Shown one piece after another: positions 1-13,270 of a DNA stretch of 64,000 bases (its first letter is position 1; each line of letters begins with the position of its first letter). The translations under genes and the position numbers were made by a program. Source of the DNA: Phyllosticta citribraziliensis (lineage: Eukaryota); the NCBI RefSeq assembly GCF_038025025.1, contig NW_027117342.1:992001-1056000 (forward strand), in the 5' to 3' direction. The notes under the pieces were generated by a model. It was not told the origin of the DNA. It did no database searches and saw nothing but the letters and a program-made list of their open reading frames with translations.

Positions 1-1279
1 TCCTTTAGTATTTTAAAGCGCTCTAGCTTAGATTCCTTAGCGTCCTTATTATTAGACATTTTAGTAAAGATGGTATTATAGAAAGTAACGGCCTTAAGTA
101 TAAGTATCTTAGGTTTATTATAAATATAGGAGTAGACTTTAAGGCGCGCTTTAGTAGGCAGGGTGTTAATTAAGTTTATAAGTTGCTTACTAAACTTAGA
201 AGAGACTAGGATATTAAAGCTAACTATACTAATATAACGTAATAGCTACTGCTACTATTTATAGGTAACCATACTAGGTAGGAGAGTAGGCAAACCTATA
301 TTACCTAGAGCCACCTTGTTTATTTACTTTAATAACGCCTTACTTATTATAGAGACTGTTTTTATATAGGGTTTTAGTAAAAATAGGTAAGGGCCAACTT
401 CTAGTTATATCTAGATATTAAAGTAAGGTTTAAGTTATTACTTTTATAGAGAGGAAGAGATAGAGGATTAGTATAAAAAGGACTCTTTTAGGTAATAATA
501 TTTTAGTATAAGGGTAAGGTTTAGAAGGACTAGAAGTAAGAGGTTATAGGTATAGAGGGTAAAATAGTCTAATAGATAAGGAGGGTCGTTATCTAAGAGT
601 AAAGGTAGTAGATAATAATAGGTAAAAGACATAGGAAACTAAAGGTATTATAATCTAGAATAGAGTTAACCTATATACTAAACGCTTAGTTAGAGTCAGC
701 TTGTAGCTAAGGTTATAACTTATAGTAGTAGGGCGGTTAGTATTAAGTAGAACCTAGCTAAGAGTAAGCCCGATTATTTTAGGCTAGCTAACTATATAAT
801 CTAGTTCTAGTAAGTATAAAGTACTAAGATAACTAAGGCTAGTAAAGTGTAGTAATAGATTTAAAAGATGATCTAAGTAGACGAGCTAGAATAAGTAGTA
901 GAGGAGGAGAAGGTAAAGAGAAGTAGTAGTAGTAGGATAGAAGGGTAAGGATTATAGAGTAAGAGATTTAAAGAGAGTAGGCGGTTACTTAGGCGCTTTT
1001 ATCTACTTCTAGGCGTCTAGGAGTTAGGATCCTATAAGAATTACTACTATAGGTAATTAATACCTAGCTAGCTGCCTCTCTTATTCTATAGCCTTAGCTT
1101 TAATACTTACCTAAACCAACTCTACTTCCTTATAATAGGTATCTTATTAGATCATCCTCTTCCTTCTATAAGGTATAGTTATAGGTTTAGTTTATATTTA
1201 TTTTTTAACTATTAAGTCTACGTCTAATTATTTCTATTAGTACCTATATTAGCACACCGCTATCTAAATCCCTATTAAC

Positions 1280-1800
1280 TATACTATTAGGTCGATCCTT
1301 ATTCTAAGTCCTCTAGGCTCTTAAGATTCTGTTTAATATTCTTATAGGTATTAGTAATGCTCTTATAGTAGGTGAAGTCTTAGGCAGCTACTACTTATTT
1401 AGTAAGTATTTTATTCTTACCCTTAGTAAGAGCTTTAATTATTTCATTATAGTACTTCTTTAAAAATTAATATTAGTGCTGAATTAAATATTAAGAAGGT
1501 AGTTAAGGCACATACTAGGGTGGTATTATAGTTTAGAATAAGAGTATAGACTTCTTTAAACGCCTTACTTACTTTAAGGTCACTATTCTTATCCTTAGAG
1601 AGTAGGCTAGCTATATACTTAGCCTTAGTAACCTCTATAGCGCGAACCCTCTTAATACGGGCTAGCTTAGCTTACTTACTTTTAAGCTCTACTTCTATCT
1701 CCTTAAGCTTAGCCTTAAGCTTAGTAAGAAGTTTAATATCTTCCTTACTTACTAGACGTTCTATTAAGATAGAGATCCCTTAGAAAAGTAAGCTTAATAA
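1280..1800 (-). pseudogene. RIP relic of a coiled-coil-like protein gene with one intron
   Basis: Minus frame reads EDIKLLTKLKAKLKEIEVELKSK*AKLARIKRVRAIEVTKAK...; GTATGT donor near 1514 and CTAAT branch-like site. Boundaries approximate; no family recognised. Confidence 0.4.
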
Positions 1801-2146
1801 TAGGGAGGAGATAAGCAAGTTACTAATAGATAAACCTAATTACTAATAGTATATATTAAAGGCAGTAGTTGGTTATAAGCTTAAAGTTAAGTAGTAGTGG
1901 CGGTGGTAGTAGTAGTAGATTAAAGAGGGAAGGTAGAAGCTATAGGTAAAGAGTTATAAAGAAGCCTTTTTCTTCTACTAATAAAACTTAGGTATATACT
2001 AGTATAATAAACTGCTACTATTCTTCTCTTATCCTATAGCCATTTTTACTCTCTTTATTAAATCAACTCTGCCCTTTAGGCAGTCTTATAAGTCTACTTA
2101 ACCTAGTCTTTAAGAGCTATAGGTAGCCTTGAGTTACTCCTTACTA

Positions 2147-2538
2147 TTACTTAACTTTAATTAATATTAATAAACGTGCGCCTGCTTAATATCTACCTAT
2201 AGGTTATATAATCTCATCCTTATAGGCATCCTTCTAAGGTGAGAGCACCTATAAAGAAGGCTAATAGTAGCTCTTAATACTAATTACTATATAGCGTTTT
2301 CTATAGTACACTTACCTTTTAAATAAGTAAGATAATATTAGATCTTTACTTAACTTTAACTAATTTTAATAAATATATGCCTACTCCTATAGGTTATATA
2401 ATCTTATTATTATAGGCATCCTTCTAAGGTAAGAGCAACCTATAAAAAAACTAATAGTAGCTCTTAATACTAATTACTATACGGCGTTTTCTATAGTATA
2501 CTTACCTTTTAAATGAGCGAGTTAATATTAGATCTTTA
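2147..2538 (-). repeat. Tandem duplication of a ~190-200 bp exon+intron module (2 copies)
   Basis: 2147-2346 and 2347-2538 share cctataggttatataatct...ggcatccttctaaggt...ctaatagtagctcttaatactaattactat...cttaccttttaaat...atattagatcttta. Each copy has a minus-strand AG|GTAAGT donor and a TAG acceptor. Confidence 0.9.
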
Positions 2539-2699
2539 TTAATACTTCTAAGCGGGATAACTATTTTCCTTACTATTATTTAAATTTAGCTAGGTCTATA
2601 GTAAGGACATGGCATCTTATTTGCTATTACTTTAATAAGTTATACTAACTACTTAGTAGATAAGGGTAAGGTTATTCTAACCGCCTCTGCCTTAACTAT

Positions 2700-4992
2700 A
2701 TTATAGTATCCCTAGAATATTTCCTAGGTCCTCCTCCTCTAGGAAATATAAGAAAGGCTTAAATCGACCCTAGTTATATTAATAAGCTTAATAAGAGCTT
2801 AGCTAAAGCTATAGGACTATTAGAAGGACTTTTTAGTAAGCTTAATAACTCTAATAATAATGCTATTATAGTGAGTAATCTAGGTAGGGGATGCTAGAGA
2901 TCTAAACTTTCTAGTAAAGATAATAAAGATCTAGACTATATAGCTTAGACTAGTCTTTAGAATGGCCTATCTTAACTATTATACTACTATACTAGCGAGC
3001 TATCGCTTCTAGAAATGCCTATATAGATGTGCTAAAGTGCTAAGGTCTCTAATAGTGAGCTAAAGCTTGACCTATATTAGTTAGAGGCTGTAGGTTAGTT
3101 AATTAAGACTCTATAAGAGAAGAAGAGCGCTATTTTAGTAGATAAAATAGGCCTTAGTAAGATGCTAGTAGTAATAGCCTTAATTCTTAGCTTAAGAGCT
3201 CCTAAAAATAAGCTAATCCTTATTATAGCGCCATCCTCTATCCTTAATATATAGGAGAAAGAGATAGCTATATTAGTAATAAATCCTCTATTATATGTTC
3301 TAAGTACTAAGCATAGTGTGTCACTTAAACCTATTAAAGTTAATAGGTTTAACATTATATTAGCTACCTATACTTAGCTTTAAATAGAGTTTAACAACTT
3401 CTAAGACCTTTTTAATAGTATTATAGATACTTAGTATAGATACCCCTAGCTAAATAGCACTTACCTCTTTAGCTATTTCCCCATCCTCTCTTATTTATAG
3501 GGCTATATTGTTCTAGATAAAGCGTATTATATGCGCAATACCTAAACTTTAATAAATAAGGGAGCAAGTTTACTTAAGGTAGAATATAGGGTAGTAATAA
3601 CTAGCAGCCCCCTTATAAATAACTACCTAGATATTATATCTATATATAATTTTATTTAAAGTAATCCCTAGGGAGATTTAGTATATTTCTATAGTATAAG
3701 TTTCTAGTTTTTTATCCGTCTCCTATAGTATAGCTTATTATACTAATAGTTAAACCTAGCACTTTATCTTTAAGAAGTTAACTAAATAGAAAGCCTAGTA
3801 ACTAGAGAAGGATAGAAATATAATTCTTATATTAAGTCTAAAGGATATTATACTTAGGTATAAGAGAGATAATTTCTTTAATAATAAAATTATCTATAAT
3901 ATCCCTAAGCTAGTTATAATTAAAGAGAATGTCCCTCTTAATAAATAAGAGAAACGCGACTAATAAATAACAAAATACTAATAGGATAAATTTATATAAT
4001 AGAAATAGCTAGAAGATTATAAGAAAGGAGTTATAAGCTTAGGAATCCTTTCTAAGTATAAGGCCTAGAAGTAGATACATCTTACTACTATAAAGCTGCT
4101 ATATCTATTATGCTACTTCCTAGAGGCTAGTAATAATAATAAGAAGGCACTATATAACCTAGAATTTTACTATAAGCTGGTCCTCTTAATATAAAGCTCT
4201 TAGAATGAGAGTAGCAGGTTAATAAGATACCTAGAAATTGTTTAGGATAGGAAGTAATATAGTAAGGTAATTATTTTCTATAGATATTAGATAGGGCTTA
4301 AGATATTTAGCAACGCACTTAACTCTAGTAATATTATATAAAAAGCACTTAATAGTAGTATTAGTATTAATAAGAGGGCGCAGATTATAGTAGAGTTTTA
4401 AAATATAGTATTAGGACCTTAGGTTCTACTAGCTACCTCTAGTATAAGTAGTAAAGGTCTAACTCTTACTACTACTAAGACTATTATACTCCTTTTACCT
4501 AACTAGAATCCTAAAGTCGATGAGTAAAGCTTTAGCAGAGCAGTATATAGGGGCCAGACTAATTATATCTATATATATTAACTACATGCTATTTCTTTAA
4601 TTAAATATAAAATTTATTAAGATTAGAGGATAAAGCTCCTAAAGTCTAAGTTACTAATTAAGCTTAATTTAATTAGATTAGAGCTAATAAAGGAGATTAT
4701 AATATAGATAGAAGATAAGTTCTATAGTTATCTAATAAAGATTATAAGAAATAAGGTAGTTAAGACTATAGAAAGATTAAAAAGGGCAGCAGGCTTACTT
4801 ATAGCTTTAGTAGCACGCGATATAGATAATAAGATAGAATTTAAGAATAAGAAGAAATAGGACTTAACCCTAAGTATAGATAAGCTAAAAGACCCTAAGA
4901 AGTCTAAAAATAAAGGACTAGGCTCTAAGGAATTAGAGTATAGAGGTAGCAAGATAGAATCTAAGGAAGAGCAGTTTAAAAAGATAAATTAG
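2700..4992 (+). pseudogene. RIP-inactivated SNF2-family (SF2) helicase/ATPase
   Basis: Q motif LKLDLY*LEAVG* (~3060-3098). Walker A ILVDKIGLSK at 3132-3161 (=ILADEMGLGK). Motif Ia LILIIAPSSILNI*EKEI. Walker B IVLDKAY at 3507-3527 (=IVLDEAH). Motif III TSSP at 3600-3611. Motifs V/VI KGLTLTTTKTII...N*NPKVDE*SFSRAVYRGQT at 4453-4560. Relic intron ~3695-3760. Start approximate. Confidence 0.92.
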
Positions 4993-5979
4993 TTAGAGAC
5001 TAACGCCCCCTCCTAGTTCTAGTAATAACGGTCACATACCAGGCCACATTGTATATACTAGGCTGGGCCTATTAGGGCGTGAATTGCCTGCTTTAGTATA
5101 GATTTAATAAGAGGATATAAAGGGTAATAAAATTTCTTAGTTACTAGAAAACTAGATAAATAGATAAAAGCTCCTATTATTCTATATCTATTATTCCTAT
5201 CTATACTATAGTAAGGAGGCAAGCTAAGTTAATAGTAGTCGCTCTTATTACTAATTAACTTAAGTATATTAGACCTAGCAATCCTAATAGATAAGGGCAT
5301 TACTTATCTATAGCTATAGTAAGTACTAATCACGTCTATATAACCGTAGCTTTTTAGCTGGGTTCTTATTATATGCCAGCGACTATAGGAATGGCACTAT
5401 AGACTCCTACTATTTCTTAAGAACTTGTATAAAGTAATAGAAGAAACTATTTAAATACGTCCGTGCTAGATATAAAGAAAAGTCCTATTATATAGCAATA
5501 GAATATTATTAACTAATAACGCTAGTAATAAGAACAGGGCTAGAAGGTTAGTAGGATAGTAGAGCTTATAGTATCTTTAATATAAGGCAGAATAGGTAGA
5601 CTAGAATAGGAGATTTATTAATAGCGTTCTATAGAGTATGCCTATAGCATGTTAATAAAATAAAGGTCTCTAAATGTTTAATACTAAAGTTTCTATTTTT
5701 AGCTACTTAAAATGTTTCTATTTAAACCCTTACTAAATTACAGCGGCCTAATAGTGTCTTATTATAGAGTCTTAGCTATTATATCTCTAATATTACCCCC
5801 TACTAAGGCCTTACTTATAATCCTCTATTACTCTTTATCTTATTTGCCTATAAGTCTTAACTTTTAAACTAAGCTGGGTTATTTATACCCCTTTTACTCT
5901 ATATACCCTGACCTAACTAAATCTATTAGATGAACTCTTATTTAGCCTTCTTTCTATATAAGGGTGATCCTTACCTGCA

Positions 5980-6950
5980 CTTAGGCTATAGAGGCGATAT
6001 AGAACGTAGTTAAAATAGTTTTAGTATTATATATAGCATCTTAAGTAGGTTTAGATCTTTAATAGTATTAGATAAGATATAGACTTAGTAAATATAGTGG
6101 CTCTATACTATTATATTATATAGGCCTAGAATGTTTATATTAACTTTATATTATTCTATAATAATTTAGTAGAGGATATTAACTAGTATGGGCTTTTAAA
6201 CCTTTCTAAGGACTCTTCTAAGTATCTTATACTCTTTATTACTTAGGGTCTTATTATATCCTTTCTATACCCCTAAGATGTTATTAATCTCTCTTACTAG
6301 AGGCTGAGGTACTAACTTTCTCTTTTTATAATTTTTACTAATATTAGGCTCTTTTAGTAGTAGGGGCTCTAGGTCTTTAAACTAAGTTCTAAGTAGGGAC
6401 TTATAGAGCTTATAGAAGCCTGTCTTTAATATATTCTTAGACTTATAGAGATCGAAGTCCTTAAAGTACGTAATAGGTTTATAATTACTAATAAAGACTG
6501 CCTATTTAATCTTATAACCTATAACATCCTATAGTAAGCTTTTAGTAGATAAGGACCTTACTACTAAGCTAAAATAGGCTTTATTATCCTCTAAACTGCC
6601 TATAAGGTGTCTAATAATGAAGACTTATTTTATTTTAGTAAGAATAAGGTTAATTTTATATGCTATACTGTCTTTATTAGTGACGTGCCTTGAGGTTTAG
6701 AACTAGAATTATATTATAAGGGCCTAATAGAGGTTGATCTAGATTATACTATATCTTTACTATTAGGAAGTGTGACTAGGTTAGGCGGCCTTACTAGAAG
6801 AGGCGGCATTACTTAAGGATCCTAAGGCGTGTTATTAGTTAGAGTAGGCAATCTAGGGCGTTTATATCTCGCGTGCGGTTAGATAGGCGTGTTATTAGTT
6901 AGAGTAGGCCAGCTAGGGCGTTTATATCTCACGTGTAGTTAGAGGGGTAT
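5980..6950 (-). pseudogene. RIP relic of an unknown protein gene
   Basis: Long protein-like minus frame (...RHLIGSLEDNKAYFSLVVRSLSTKSLL*DVIGYKIK*AVFISNYKPITYFKDFDLYKSK...) with only RIP-type stops; no family recognised. Confidence 0.4.
6825..6943. repeat. 60-bp tandem repeat x2
   Basis: aggcgtgttattagttagagtaggc..ctagggcgtttatatctc.cgtg..gttaga starting at 6825 and 6885. Confidence 0.9.
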
Positions 6951-8039
6951 AATAAGTAAAAACCTTAAGATTATAACCTTTAGCTCTATCTATATATAGA
7001 TACTAGTTATATGAGAGTTAAAGTTAAATAGCTAAGGTAGTAGAGGTAGGTTGTATAGTAGTTAAGAGGATGGCTCTATAGGATAGGAAACCTTTACTTT
7101 ATATTATTTACTTATTATAAAAGAGTTAAGTAGTAAGGTTATAGCACCCTTAAGCCTTAGACCTTACCTTTATAAACTAAGTATGGCGTGGTAGAAAAAG
7201 TAAGAGCGTATTATCTAGTAGGTATATATAGTAGTAATAGAGGCTCTTAAGTTACATAGCATCTTAATTTATAATATAAAAATTAGACTTGCCCTGTAGA
7301 GACGGAGCTTGACTTAGTATGTAATAGATAGAGGCTTAAGGAGACTATAAGCTAGGAGCGTATAGTTAGAACTAGCGGCGGATTTATAGAGTTACTACTC
7401 TAGTAGAGTTATAGATTAGAAGTATAGAAGTAGTTATTAGAGCGAGTTAATAAGCGCTAAAAGTAATAATATAGAATTAGTAAGCTAGGATAGCTCTAAA
7501 AGAAAATTTAATAAAAAGATAGAAGCTATTAATATCTATCTTCTTTATAATTAATAATGCGTGGCTCCTTAAGGGTCTTCTTTCTACATCTTCTCTACCT
7601 AAGCTGCATACTATTATAATCTTAATAATGATTATTTAATATGCCCTTAGTAGCTAATTTATCGCGTATTTCTATTATCTATAAGCTATAAGAGCTTATA
7701 ATGCTGCCTTTTTATATTCTACCTTTAACTTACTAGGCATGATTCCTATTTTTTATTATATAGTTAGTGGGGTGAAGAGGGTAGTTAGGTCTTATAGATA
7801 TATATAAGAAGAAAGTTAGATGTATTAGATATAACCTAATAGATGCTACTATAATATATAATCTAGATAATATATAAAGTATAATATCACCTTAGGATGT
7901 TAGCTGCCTAGGGCGGCCTAGAAGTTCCTATCTTAGTACTAGGTGCTAAGTGCCCGGGCGGTGCCTAAGGTAAGGTAGGCTATAGTAAGGTACCTATAAC
8001 TAATACGTAAAATATTATTCTATACTCTACTCTATACTT

Positions 8040-8900
8040 ATAGCCTATCTACCTTTATAGCATCCTATCTCTCTATTTCTTCTATAATTAAAGCTCTATA
8101 AGCTAGTTAGTAATACCTATACGCTACTAACTATTAAGAGCTTAGATAATAAGAGAGCTAACATATCAGCTCTACTATTAGCTTTACTACTATTCTCTCT
8201 TATAACATCTTAAGCGCAAACGGTATAACTTCTATGGCTTATATATATACTAATATTATAAATAATAAGTTGCTAATATTAACTATCTATAGCCTAGGTT
8301 CTAGGTTTTTAGTTGCTATTATTATTACTATTAAAATTTATCCTTCTCTCCTAGGTAATATATAGGGTGTATTTAGCGCTTTCTATAGGAGGGACGCGTA
8401 TAATATATACTTAGCACGTAATATTACTACTTCCTACCTAATCTATAATAAAAGCTCTGCGGCCTCTAACTTAGTAATACTACTATAGGCTAAGAATCTG
8501 CCTCGCCTTTTTATACTAGATACTATATTAGATATAGGCTTATATCCCTAGTTATATAGTTAACTAATAAATACCAGACTAAATACCTAGCGCTAACTTT
8601 AAGTGCTATATTACGATGCGAATTCTAGTATAGAGTAGCGGTTATTATAGGAAGGCATTTATACTTTTCTCCTTATTATAATATAGTCTATAAGTTCTTA
8701 GTAATTCTGCCGACTTCTCTTAGTTTCTTACTAGATAATAACTAAGCCACGGAGCGCATTATTTAGATAGATAACTAGGTAGAAAAGTCTTAATACTAGA
8801 TTATAAATAAGTTAAAAAGGTCGTTTATTATTCTAGTATACCTACTAACTATTATAAAAATGCTTCCTCTTTCTTATAGCTTAGTTCCTATACTAAATAT
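8040..8900 (-). pseudogene. RIP relic of an unknown protein gene
   Basis: Protein-like minus frame (...CAPWLSYYLVRN*EKSAELLRTYRLYYNKEKSINAFL**PLLYTRIRIVI*HLKLALGI*SGIY...); no family recognised. Confidence 0.3.
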
Positions 8901-9888
8901 AGAGTTTATATTATATTTTAGTAAGTTGTATAGATACCTGTATTTATAGGTATAGCCCTATACTTTTAATATATTAGAATGCCCTAATTGTTCTAATACT
9001 ACTTAAGGATATTATCTAATTATCTATATTATAGTTTTCCTAGATATTAAGATAAATCACTCCCTTAGTATTATAAATAATGCTAAGCGACCCTATATAT
9101 TACTACTACTCTAAGCTATTTATATTCTAAATATGTAGTTAAGTTAGTATAAGAGTCTAAGCTATAATCTACTTTAACTATAACCTATAATCTAGCTAGT
9201 AGCTTATATAATATAAAAGTAAGCCTCTCCTACCTACTACTCCTATAGTCTGCGTCTTTAGATAAGTAGCTTTCTACTTTTACCCTATCTAGTAATACCC
9301 CCCGCCGCGCCGTCTAGGACTTAGCATGTATTTAATAGGAGTATCTAAGAGCTCTTCTAGTTAGTATCCTATATACTACCTCTATAGCTAAGTAAGCCCC
9401 TCTTCTATATTTATAACTAAGCTACTCTTAATACTAAACTCTAGCTTTTAGCTTTTACTTTATCCCCTCTAATACCACATCTTATAGAGTACTAGACGAT
9501 GACATGGCACTCTAGTACATAGTAAGGAAAAGGATAGAGGCGAGAAAGGTAGGTATATAGTAGGGCTAGTACTAGCTAGATATTAATATTAGACTTACTA
9601 GAGTAATAGGCATAAATAGGTTATAATAGGTAGATGGCATACTAGTACTAAGACCGTGGTATTTTAGAGCTGATATAGAGAGATAGAGGATAAGAAGGTT
9701 AGATATAAACCCTATACCCTAGTAAATAGCATGAAATAATACTGAGTAATAGAATATAAGGAGTAAGAAATTAACCTATAGTAGTAAGTATTAAGGCTAA
9801 ACTACCTAACTAGATAAAGCTCTACTATAATCTAGTAGCTATATATACCTAAATAATAAAAGGCGAGTCTTCTTAACTATAACCTTAA

Positions 9889-9951
9889 CTTTTCTTAATA
9901 CTATACTACCTTTCCTTAATACTATACTACCTTTTCTTAATACTATACTAC
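9889..9951. repeat. 21-bp tandem repeat x3 (probably coding, 7-aa unit)
   Basis: cttt(t/c)cttaatactatactac three times in tandem. Confidence 0.9.
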
Positions 9952-12269
9952 TTACTCCTACCTCTAGCCTTTAGTTATATCTTCTATTAAGTCTGCCTAC
10001 CTATACTCTAATATAGTATCTATCTACTATCTACTTATTATATAACTTCTCTAATTATATTAATCTACTTATTATCTAAGCTTTAATATTATCTTTATTG
10101 GTATGCCCTTAGCTAATCTATATAATATAAAGCTGACTAGTATAAGACTAGGTACTTTACTTAACTATTTAGCTCTATATTATAGTAATTAAGAATCCTA
10201 ACTAGAATGACTAGGCCCTAAGTAGTATAAAGCTAGAAGATAAAGTAGTAAGTATATTCCTATTAAATTATAAGCTTAATAGTTAATAGGTGCCTTACTA
10301 TAAGCTTACTAAGATTGCGAATATAAGAGAAGAGTGCTACTAGATAGAGGAAGAGCGCTATTAACTCTATAATAGGAAGATATATCTCTAGGAGTAGTTT
10401 TACTCTAGTAAGGTTAGCTATAAGGCTCTAGAAGAGATTAAGAACCTAGATAAGTAGCGTATAGTAAGGGCTATTACTAGGATTATTAAGATGACTATTA
10501 AAGCTATAGATCTAACTAAGGAGTACCTTAATAGCTTTAAAGAGTAGCTATCTAGAATGATATCCTCCTCTCTAGGATGTAGGAGTACCTAGTAGATTAC
10601 TAAGCTATTTACCTTTATTTAAAATAAAGTATAGAACCTAATAGTATATAGGGAAGTAGGTTAACTAATACTATAATAATTAAAGTAAAATTAAGGGTGT
10701 TTTTAGTAATAGGTATATTAGGCGCTGTTAATTCTAAAAGGTGATATAGGGGATACTATATAGGTTAGAGTGTAGATATATTTAAGGGCCATGCTAGTAG
10801 TTAGGTAGATAGGAGTTTATTAATTAGCTTTACCCTATAAGAGGAATAAGGTATTAACCTAAAGGTTAGACCTAGTTCTAAGATTATTTCTAATAAAGCC
10901 TATATATAAAGACTCTAAGATGTGCTTATACTAGGTAACCTACTTATATACTATATACTATATACAGCGAAAAGCGTGAGGTCTATAAGGAATATAATAG
11001 TATTAAGTAGGAGGTATAGTATAGGTAGTAAGGAGCAAGCTATAATATAAATAACTAAGTAGAGGATATTACTATTTTAAGTAGTATACTTATATATAGA
11101 GTTAGGGCAGCGCGTCTAGTAATAAGATACTAGGTAACTATATATACCATACCTTATAATAGAGTGCCTCTATATATAGGTCGTGCGCAGCTATATATCT
11201 AGTCTATACTTAGTTAGTTAGTCCTAGGCACGTACGCGGTACGTCTTAGCCCCCTATCTAGGTAGCCTATAGTATATACTTACTAATATTACCGCGCGCA
11301 CGTCCTCTACTTATACTTAATATAATTATTTTTACTCTTCTAGTTAAGATACTATATAGGTCGCCCCTCTACCTATATATATTATATATACTATAGCCTG
11401 CCTCTCTACTCTAAGCTTAGGGGTCTCTTATAGTTAGTATTAGCTACCTAACCTTAGGCCTATAGCGTGATAGGATAGGAAGCCCTAAAGCCTAGTCTAG
11501 CTATTATATTTTATAGTCGTGTCTTTGCGTCTCTAGTCCTAAGCTAAGACTAGATCTAAGTTGCCTAACCTACTACACCTCTACTATTTCCTTACTTAGT
11601 TGCGTACTTATAATAATACAGCTAAAGTAGAAGCCTAGAAGGCAATTAAGGGAATACTAATATTAAAAAAGTCTATATATAAGTCTACCCTACTAACTCT
11701 AATAGATACTAATACTTTTAGTACCTAGAGTCCTATATCTCCCTATATACTTAAGACAACATATATCATACTACTATATAGTAGTATTATATATTATATT
11801 CTATAATTAATAAATATAGGCAAGAGCTGACTGTAAAACTAAAGCTAATATATAGGCATGGTATTAGTAGTGCTATTAGTAGGAGAAGGGGTGTCTTTTA
11901 GGTCGCCTTAGTAGTTAGTCTAGATATAGCATGCTATAGGTAACTACCTACCTAGTAGGCTGCTCTATATTCCTATCTTAATACTTAGAGGCGTCTAGAA
12001 AAGCCCTAAAGATACGCAGGAAATAGAGTTTATTAGATAAACCTATAGGCGCGGATAGTAAGGTTATAAATATACCTAAATCTATAAGTAAAAAAAAATA
12101 AAAGGGACAAGACTTATAACTAGCTATAATTATTAGTAAAGGCCTAGATTGTTATTTAATAGTAACTTTCTAAATACTATTATAATACTATCCTTTAATC
12201 CTTTATATTAATATTAAAGAGAGAATTTCCTAAACTATTAACTAAAGAATAAAAAGACTCCTAGGGATA

Positions 12270-13270
12270 TAAATAATCTTAGCGCTATACTTAGTCTAGT
12301 ATAGCATCTATCTCTTCTAGGTAGCTGACTCCCTTTTTAAGTCCTATATCTAGATCTAAGGTCTTTTATTCTAGTAGCTGGTTTCTTAGTAGATTATTTA
12401 TAAAATATAAAAGTCTATAGTACTAGGTAGGGAAGTTAGCTAGCGGCCATATTAATATTATTATATCTAAGGATTAGGCAGGTATATATAACCTAGCCTA
12501 GTTTAATAGGCCTAAGCTGGGCGTGCGAAAAAGGCGGTTATCTAGTAATTAATTAGTATAGATAAGATCTACTTATACTAATATATATTATAGCTCTTTA
12601 TCTAGTCCCTTATCTCTATAGCCTTATAGAATCTTTAATTAGTAGTAGTAATCTAGGTACTTAAAGAGTTTAGATAGATAGCTCCCTCTAGATCCTTTAC
12701 CTATTACTAAAATATGTTGCTTAGTAAGAAGTAGAGTGATAGTGCCTATAGTAAAATTATTAAGATTAGAATCTCTATATTTATATATAATCTAGTAAAC
12801 AGCTATAAGTAGCGCTTAACTATATACTTAAAATCTAACTCTAATATAAGAATATTAGGAATCTTCTAAATATTAATAATTATACTCTACTTTAGAGTTG
12901 GCTTTTATAAGAGTTAACTAATAACTCTTAGGCATTTTATAATACTCTTATTAAGTCTAGCACCCTATCTATTACCTCTAACTTAGATTATTATACAGAG
13001 GTCTGTAGCGTGGTAAAGGAGGATACTAGTAGTAGTATTACTAAAGGTAGATATCTATAACTAAGTAACTTTAACCTAGGCGATATTAATAATTCTAGAA
13101 GTAATATAGATAGGCACCTAATAAGTTTTAGTAATAGTAATAAGTATAGACTTATACTACTCCTATAAAATGCTTAATAATAGGAAGAAGCTAGGTATAT
13201 CCTTAGGGTACTATAGTATATAACTAGTTAATAGCTTATCTAGGTCCTCTTAATCTATTATTACCTTTAT
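12270..13270 (-). pseudogene. RIP relic of an unknown protein gene
   Basis: About 330-codon minus frame with only TAA/TAG stops (...ILLYHATDLCIII*VRGNR*GARLNKSIIKCLRV...TAFFARPA*AY*TRLG...); no family recognised. Confidence 0.3.

Noticed and set aside
3095..3355. Minus-strand ORFs in the RIP block (3095-3355 and 4728-4952)
   Set aside because: They are antisense shadows of the + strand SNF2 relic, with I/L/S-rich composition typical of RIP.
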